NCBI GenBank assembly: GCA_965223075.1
Contig: OZ244986.1
Location: 3,116,101-3,180,100, forward strand
Direction: 5' to 3'
Source of the DNA: Candidatus Marinacidobacterium sp.
GTDB lineage: Bacteria; Acidobacteriota; Vicinamibacteria; Marinacidobacterales; Marinacidobacteraceae
DNA length: 64,000 nt
Of the stretch, positions 58,198-64,000 are shown piece by piece (the stretch's first letter is position 1; each line of letters opens with the position of its first letter). Both the position numbers and the translations under genes were made by a program. The notes under the pieces were generated by a model. The model worked only from the letters and a program-made list of their open reading frames with translations, searched no databases and was not told where the DNA came from.

Positions 58198-59074
58198 CGG
58201 TTCGCGAGGCTGCGCCGGTGCATGTCAAACCAGCGCGCGAGTTCCTTCGGTGTGGTCCAGTCGCGGTGGCGGCAGATGTCGAGGATCAGGGCGCGCAGGG
58301 CTTCCGGGTGGGGCCGGTCCCCGACCGCATTCGCCATCGGGATGAACACCTTGGGGAGCCCCTCGAAGCGGCCCAGCCGGTTCTCCTCGGGAGCCGCGGC
58401 TGCCGGCGGCTGGCTCGGCGCTTCCGACTGCCGGCGCTCCGCCGAAGATTCCGGGGTCTCCCCGGCGGGGGCTTGCGGAAGTGCCGGGCTCGGGCGCTGG
58501 TCCCCGGACGGCTGGGCCGGGTGGCTCGGCTCCGCCGGCTTCGGAAGTGGTCGCGGCGGAGGCTCGGGGAGAGCCGGCTCAGGTTCTTCGGGTGGGTCCA
58601 ACAGGCCGAGCCCGTTCGCGCTCTCGCCCCTTCCGGCTGGGAACAGTCGGCCCAGGCTGGAGAAGGCCGCCGGGACTCCTCCCCGCCTTCGGTCAGCCGG
58701 CCGCCGAAGCCCCGCACCGCCCGGCCCAGTTCCCGGACCTTCGCGGTGGCCCCGCTGACCTTTCCGTCAGGTCCGCGAAACGCGCGCGTAGTTCGGACCA
58801 CGGCCCCGCCGAAGTCGCGTGCGGCGTGTCCGAGCCAGACGGCTCCCCGCGCCACCTTCTCGCCTTCGGACGCGATCTGGCGAACGCGCTCCCACGCTGC
58901 CGGCGCCCGCTTCTTGAGGTAGCGGCAGGCTGCGGGAATCCCGGAAAGGATCCAGCGAATCCAGATCCACAGGCCGCGGAGACGTGGTCGGGGTTTCCGG
59001 AGCCACGCGCGGATGGCATCGAGTCCGGGCGGTGTCTCTTCGGGTTTCTCGAAGAGGTGAAGTTGGGCGGACAT
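58170..59074 (-). pseudogene. Hypothetical gene with Pro-rich linker and wHTH-like C-terminus, frameshifted and truncated
   Basis: MSAQLHLFE... switches frame near 58680 into ...ALILDICRHRDWTTPKELARWFDMHRRSLANRYLRPLLEAG, which then collides with the opposite-strand McrC-like tail. Confidence 0.45.
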
Positions 59075-59608
59075 GTGAGACCCGGACGTAAGGCAAAGAA
59101 TATAAGGAGGCTTAGCGTTACAGTTCGTGACAGCCGATGTCGGCTGCCTGCAACCAGTACGAGGCCTTCGACCATGCGCCGCTCCAGGAATTCGAAACTC
59201 GAAGGAGGTCTTCGCGATCCGGGGGGACTTCTTCATCCGGCACGAGGTTCCGTACCTGGGCGGTGCCGGTGACCACGGGCTCCGGCCGATCCCGGCGCCG
59301 GCCGCCCCGGAAGAGCGGGGTTCCGGCCAGAACGCCGGGTTCCGTCCTCCGGTTCCGGAGGCCGATCTCCTGCTCTGGAGGCGCTCCGCGATTGCTGCAC
59401 CGAGCGCGCGAAGCGCGACGGCGTCCCGACGCGCGTCGTCTGCACCAACCCGCAACTGGCTGGCCTTTGTGGAACGGCGACCGGAGGGCATGGGGTAACG
59501 CCAGGGGGTCTGCCGGACAGTTCGAGTGCGTCGAATCCATCCGTCCGGTGCTATCTTTGGCGCCGTCGCCGGGCTGGTTTCGCAACGGGTGCTGCGGCGC
59601 AGGCCAAC

Positions 59609-61990
59609 ATGGGTCCCGACGAGCCGAACGGAGAGAAAGAAGCGCAGCCCGAGCGCATCTCGCTTCTCAGCTCCACCCTGCTGCGCATCAATTCGAGCCT
59701 CGACTTGGACACTGTCCTCCGGGAGGTCGTCGACAGCGCCCGCACCCTGACCGGAGCCCGCTTCGGAGTCATCACAACCGTGGGTGATTCCGGGGAACTT
59801 CACGATTTCGTGACCTCGGGCTTCACTCCAGACGAGCACCAGAGCCTCGCGAACTGGCCCGACGGGCCGCGGCTATTCGAACACTTGCGCGATCTCCCCG
59901 GAGTGCTGCGGCTGCGGAACCTGCCGAGCTACGTGCGAGCGCTCGGCTACTCCCCGGAACTGCTCCGTTCGAACACGTTCCTGGGCGCTCCCATGCGTCA
60001 CCGGGGCGCCCATATCGCCAATTTCTTTCTCGCCGAGAAGGAAGGCGGCAGGGAGTTCACGAATCAGGACGAAGACATCCTGATGCTGTTCGGGTCCCAG
60101 GCAGCGACAGCGATCGCCAACGCCCGCGCGCACCGGGAGGTACAGAGGGCGCGGGCCGATCTGGCGGCGCTGATCGAAACCTCTCCGGTGGGCGTGGTGG
60201 TCTTCGACGCCAGAACGGCCCGTCCCGTGTCGTTCAACCGGGAGGCGAAACGGATCGTGGCGGGCCTGGGCGCACCGGGCCGACGTCCGGAAGAACTGCT
60301 GGAAGTGGTGACGTATCGGCGGGGTGACGGGCGGGAAATCGCGCTTGACGAATTCCCGTTGGCGCAGAAACTGAGCGGGGCGGAGGTGGTGCGCGCCGAG
60401 GAAATCGTGCTCTCGGTCCCCGACGGACGCAGTGTTGCGACGCTGGTGAACGCCACGCCGATCCGTTCCTCGGGCGGCGCGGTGGAGTCGGTAGTCGTCA
60501 CCATGCAGGACCTGGCGCCGCTGGAGGAGCTGGAGCGCGTGCGCGCCGAGTTTCTGGGTTTGGTGAGCCACGAACTGCGGGTTCCCCTGACGTCCATCAA
60601 GGGCTCGGCCACGACGGTGCTGAGTGCCTCGCCGGTGCCTGAGACGGCGGAGATGCTCCAGTTCTTCCGGATCATCGAGCAGCAGGCCGACCACATGCGG
60701 GTGCTGATCGGCGACCTGCTGGATGCGGGACGCATCGAAACCGGCACGCTGTCGGTCTCTCCGGAGCCTGCGGAGGTAGCCCGCATGGTGGACCAGGCGC
60801 GCAACACGTTCCTGAGCGGCGGCGGCAGCCACACCATCCTCCTGGACCTGCCCCCGAACCTGCCGCTGGCTGCGGCGGACCGGCAGCGCATCGTTCAGGT
60901 CCTGACCAACCTCCTCTCGAACGCCGCGCGAAACTCACCCCACTCGTCCCCGATCCGTATCGCCGCCCGGCGCAACGGGGTACATGTCACCATCTCGGTG
61001 TCTGACGAGGGTCGAGGCGTGTTACCGGACCTGCTTCCCCACGTGTTCCGGAAGCACGCCGGTCTTGCGGGCGGCGGTCGGGAGCGGGGTCCCGGCGGAG
61101 CCGGCCTGGGCCTTGCCATCTGCAAGGGGCTCGTGGAGGCGCATGGGGGCCGGATCTGGGCGGAGAGCGGCGGTCGAGGCCAGGGAGCGCGTTTCACCTT
61201 CACCGTTCCGGTCGCGGAAGAGGCCCGCAGGATCGTTCCCGAAGAGGCCGCTCGGACCCGCCCCGTCGCGGAACAGCGGGAGCGCTCTCCCATACTGGTG
61301 GTGGACGACGACCCGGAGACGCTGCGATACGTTCGGAACGCGCTGGCGAGAGCCGGCTACACGCCGATCGTCACCGGCGACCCGGGTGAGGTGCCGCAGC
61401 TTCTCCAGGCGAAGAAGCCGTGTCTCGTCCTCCTGGACCTGCTCCTTCCCGAGACCGACGGGATCGAGCTGCTCGGACGGATCCCGGAACTGGCGGACCT
61501 TCCGGTCATCTTCATCTCAGGCTACGGCCGCGACGAGACGATCGCCGCGGCGCTCGAGGCCGGAGCGGCGGATTACATCGTGAAACCGTTCTCCGCGACC
61601 GAACTGGTTGCGCGGGTGCAGGCGGCGTTGCGGAGGCGCGCCAAGCCCGAGTCCTTTGTGATGGGCGACCTGGCTGTCTCCTACGAGCAGCGCCGGGTGA
61701 CGCTGGGGGGACGTGCGGTGCCGGTAACGCTCACGGAATTCGAACTGCTCCGGGTGCTCTCGCTCAACAGAGGGCGAATCGTGACGCAGGATGCCCTGCT
61801 CCGTCGCGTCTGGCGCGGCCGGGATTCCGCCAATGCGAAGGTGTTGCGCACGTTCATGAAGAAACTGCGGCACAAGCTGGGAGACGACGCGACGAATCCG
61901 CGGTACCTCTTTACGGAGCGCGGGGTCGGGTACCGACTGGGTGATCCGGATCCGGAAGGGACGCCCGCCGTTGCGCCCGGGGACGGGTAG
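59609..61990 (+). CDS. Fused GAF-PAS-histidine kinase-receiver-OmpR wHTH protein
   Basis: GAF (FLGAPM...LAEK), PAS (ETSPVGVVVFD), H-box SHELRVPLTSIKG, N/G boxes, receiver (VVDDD, LLDLLLP, KPF) and LTEFELL...YLFTERGVGY. Confidence 0.92.
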   Translation: MGPDEPNGEKEAQPERISLLSSTLLRINSSLDLDTVLREVVDSARTLTGARFGVITTVGDSGELHDFVTSGFTPDEHQSLANWPDGPRLFEHLRDLPGVLRLRNLPSYVRALGYSPELLRSNTFLGAPMRHRGAHIANFFLAEKEGGREFTNQDEDILMLFGSQAATAIANARAHREVQRARADLAALIETSPVGVVVFDARTARPVSFNREAKRIVAGLGAPGRRPEELLEVVTYRRGDGREIALDEFPLAQKLSGAEVVRAEEIVLSVPDGRSVATLVNATPIRSSGGAVESVVVTMQDLAPLEELERVRAEFLGLVSHELRVPLTSIKGSATTVLSASPVPETAEMLQFFRIIEQQADHMRVLIGDLLDAGRIETGTLSVSPEPAEVARMVDQARNTFLSGGGSHTILLDLPPNLPLAAADRQRIVQVLTNLLSNAARNSPHSSPIRIAARRNGVHVTISVSDEGRGVLPDLLPHVFRKHAGLAGGGRERGPGGAGLGLAICKGLVEAHGGRIWAESGGRGQGARFTFTVPVAEEARRIVPEEAARTRPVAEQRERSPILVVDDDPETLRYVRNALARAGYTPIVTGDPGEVPQLLQAKKPCLVLLDLLLPETDGIELLGRIPELADLPVIFISGYGRDETIAAALEAGAADYIVKPFSATELVARVQAALRRRAKPESFVMGDLAVSYEQRRVTLGGRAVPVTLTEFELLRVLSLNRGRIVTQDALLRRVWRGRDSANAKVLRTFMKKLRHKLGDDATNPRYLFTERGVGYRLGDPDPEGTPAVAPGDG

Positions 61991-62551
61991 CTTCGGCGAC
62001 CGGGTGCGGCCCGGGCGGCGGGGCATGATCCCCTTGTCACTTGAGGGGAAGCACGAGACCGGAGGCTCAAGAGTTCCGACCTGCACGGAAGCCACCGGGC
62101 CGCCTGGCAGGCGCCGGGAAATCTTCAGGATTCCGGGTCGCCTTTCCCCTCCTTCCCGGCGGGCGTTGCGGCCCATATCAGGCGCACCGCGAGTTGGAGC
62201 GCTTCCCTCGGTTGGATGAGGGTGCTGTAGGTTCTTGCGCGGGTCCCGATCCCGGTAGGCGGGTACGACAACTGGACCCATATGCCGCGCCGGTTCTTCC
62301 GGATTCTGACCTTCGGCCACATGGGCTCTCTCCCTCAGTCTCTGTCTCACTGCCGCCGCTCTCGGATTGCGAGCCCGATCAGCAATACGTGGAGGAGGAC
62401 CACCACCCACGCGACGGCATTTCCGTCATTCATGCTCGAACGGATCGGCGCGTCAGGATTTCTTTTCGTTTGCTTTTCGAGCAGGTCTTGGGCGGCAGCC
62501 AGCGAGGCCGTTCTGGTATGTCTGCTGCAGCATGGAGCAACCTCGCGCAAC

Positions 62552-62856
62552 TCAGGGCGCCTCCCCATCAGGAAGTGGGTCCCGGACGGGCTCAATGCCC
62601 TGCTTCAGGGCCGTTGCCCGGACCAGCGCCTCCGTTTGGGAGAGTCGGCGGTTGAGGGCGGCGGTCGCCTCTGCCTGGACCGCGACGAGGTGGATGAGAT
62701 GGGTGACTTCCCTGCCTTCCCGCGGCGCGGGCCCTCCTCCCCGGGACGAGCCAACTTCCGCAGGCGTCGCAGCTCCGCGAGGAGCGCGGCCTCGGCTGGC
62801 GCGCGCTCCGCGTAGGTGAGAAGCGCGGCTTCGATCTGTTCGGCTACGGATTTCAT
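62552..62856 (-). pseudogene. Small helical hypothetical gene, apparently frameshifted near 62700
   Basis: MKSVAEQIEAALL... continues plausibly as VTHLIHLVAVQAEATAALNRRLSQTEALVR...GEAP* only after a frame change. Confidence 0.3.
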
Positions 62857-62914
62857 GGCTGGCGCCCTCCGTTGGGGGCTCGTGAGTGCGGCTGGCGCGC
62901 CCCTGTCAACAAGA

Positions 62915-63328
62915 TCAAGGAGGTACAAAGTTCCAGGGGCTCCCGGACGCGCCAGCCGCGACAGAGAGGGCCGGGCCCCAAGTGTTTCTTTCGCACGTCA
63001 GCGCTTCGTGAAGATGACCATGACCGACGGCCGCCGCGGCCGCCAGGGTTCCGTACCACGCCGCCCGGGTGCGGCGGTCGCGTAGCCGCAGCCGGTAGGC
63101 GTCCTCGTAGCACGGGATCCCCGCTCGCTCCACGCCGTGGAGGAGGACGGGGTTCACCGCGGGCCTGGCGCCGGCGGCGTGGAACGGACCGATGATCGGG
63201 GCGATGAGGCCCAAGGCCACCCACCGGCGGACGTCCTCCAGGTCCGCGGCCTCCGCGCCCAGACGGGCGCCGACGTCGCACGGATGTTGGGGGACGAACA
63301 GGGCCAGGGCTAGCGCGAGTGCGGGCAT
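62915..63328 (-). CDS. Hypothetical protein, possibly secreted
   Basis: ATG 63328 MPALALALALFVPQHPC..., 137 aa; no family recognised. Confidence 0.4.
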   Translation of the reverse strand: MPALALALALFVPQHPCDVGARLGAEAADLEDVRRWVALGLIAPIIGPFHAAGARPAVNPVLLHGVERAGIPCYEDAYRLRLRDRRTRAAWYGTLAAAAAVGHGHLHEALTCERNTWGPALSVAAGASGSPWNFVPP

Positions 63329-63572
63329 CGTCGCTTCTGCGCCTCCAGCAACCGCACGATGCCGCGGACCTTCCGGAGGCGGTGCAACAGCCCCATCACC
63401 TGCGCGGGGGGACATCGCCCAAGCCCAATCGAGCTCGGCTCCATCCAGGCGATCCGCCTCCGTCGCCCGGCACTCCGGCGGGACAGGCCGCGTCCGACCC
63501 GCCCCTTCTCAACCTCGGCGGGAGCATGAGACCGGGGCGTCCCCCGGAAGCCGGTGGCGAATGCCGGGAGGA

Positions 63573-63923
63573 CTACCACGAGTCCCCTCCCGACGGGCCG
63601 GACTCGCAGCCCACGGCGATGTGCAACGCGGCGCACACCTCCCGGAGTTCCTCCGGGCCGAGGCGTCCCGTGAGTTTGCCGAGCCGAGCGTGCGGTACGG
63701 TCGTGAGGGCGTCCAAGTTGACCGCGGCCGGCGCCCCGAGCCCCAAGTCGGTTTCCACCCGCACCTCGGACGGAAGACCGCGAATCGTCGTCGTCACCGG
63801 GGCCACCATGATCGCGGGGAGGAACGGGATCGCCCCATTCCTCGCCAGCACCACGATGAGCCGCGCCGGGCCGCCGCTCCCGGTGCGGCAGGAGCGGACA
63901 TCCCCACGTTGGATCGGTTCCAT
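63573..63923 (-). CDS. PemK/MazF-family toxin
   Basis: IQRGDV, IVVLAR, VAPVTTTIRGLPSEV, AVNLDALTTV and EVCAALHIAVGC. A cognate antitoxin would lie beyond the window end. Confidence 0.88.
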   Translation of the reverse strand: MEPIQRGDVRSCRTGSGGPARLIVVLARNGAIPFLPAIMVAPVTTTIRGLPSEVRVETDLGLGAPAAVNLDALTTVPHARLGKLTGRLGPEELREVCAALHIAVGCESGPSGGDSW

Positions 63924-64000
63924 CAGAGGTTTCCTTCGGGGGGTTTTCCTTCGGGAGGCTCGGGCGGGCCTCCGTCTTCCTCCTCCCACTCCACCCACCG

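Overview
High-GC bacterial chromosomal window. The gene repertoire suggests Acidobacteriota, possibly host-associated; this is inference only. It holds intact metabolic and envelope genes (GT87-like and GT2 glycosyltransferases, CRTAC1/ASPIC-UnbV, proline racemase family, amidohydrolases, FAD/Fe-S oxidoreductase, MATE, FMN reductase, a GspF/PilC gene plus three pseudopilins, smpB, DsbA, AbgB-like) and three accessory zones. Zone 1 (7.6-23.6 kb) is a tandem array of four secreted Ig-like/LVIVD beta-propeller paralogues. Opposite-strand cargo sits between them (DUF3782-like nuclease, IS1634, AbiE toxin-antitoxin), and two cargo blocks are followed by a partial copy of the preceding paralogue's 3' region. 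Zone 2 (41.3-46 kb) is a decayed island after smpB, with IS3 and integrase remnants. Zone 3 (54.7-64 kb) is a decayed defence/mobile region with a fused kinase-regulator gene and a PemK toxin. About 20 REP-like hairpins and longer shared repeat modules fill the intergenic space. The most unusual signals are: (i) a 15-bp sequence (AGTTCTCCCGGTGGG) repeatedly inserted at GGCC sites with a GGCC duplication, mostly inside these hairpins; (ii) an IS1634 inserted into one such hairpin with a TCAGA duplication, and a TCAGA-TCAGA doublet in a sister copy; (iii) promoter plus signal-peptide modules copied from a downstream gene onto an upstream gene, seen twice; (iv) two S9 peptidase homologues that keep the nucleophile Ser but lack the catalytic His/Asp. 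No CRISPR array, rRNA, tRNA, tmRNA or reverse transcriptase could be supported. All family assignments are by-eye motif recognition; no searches were run.
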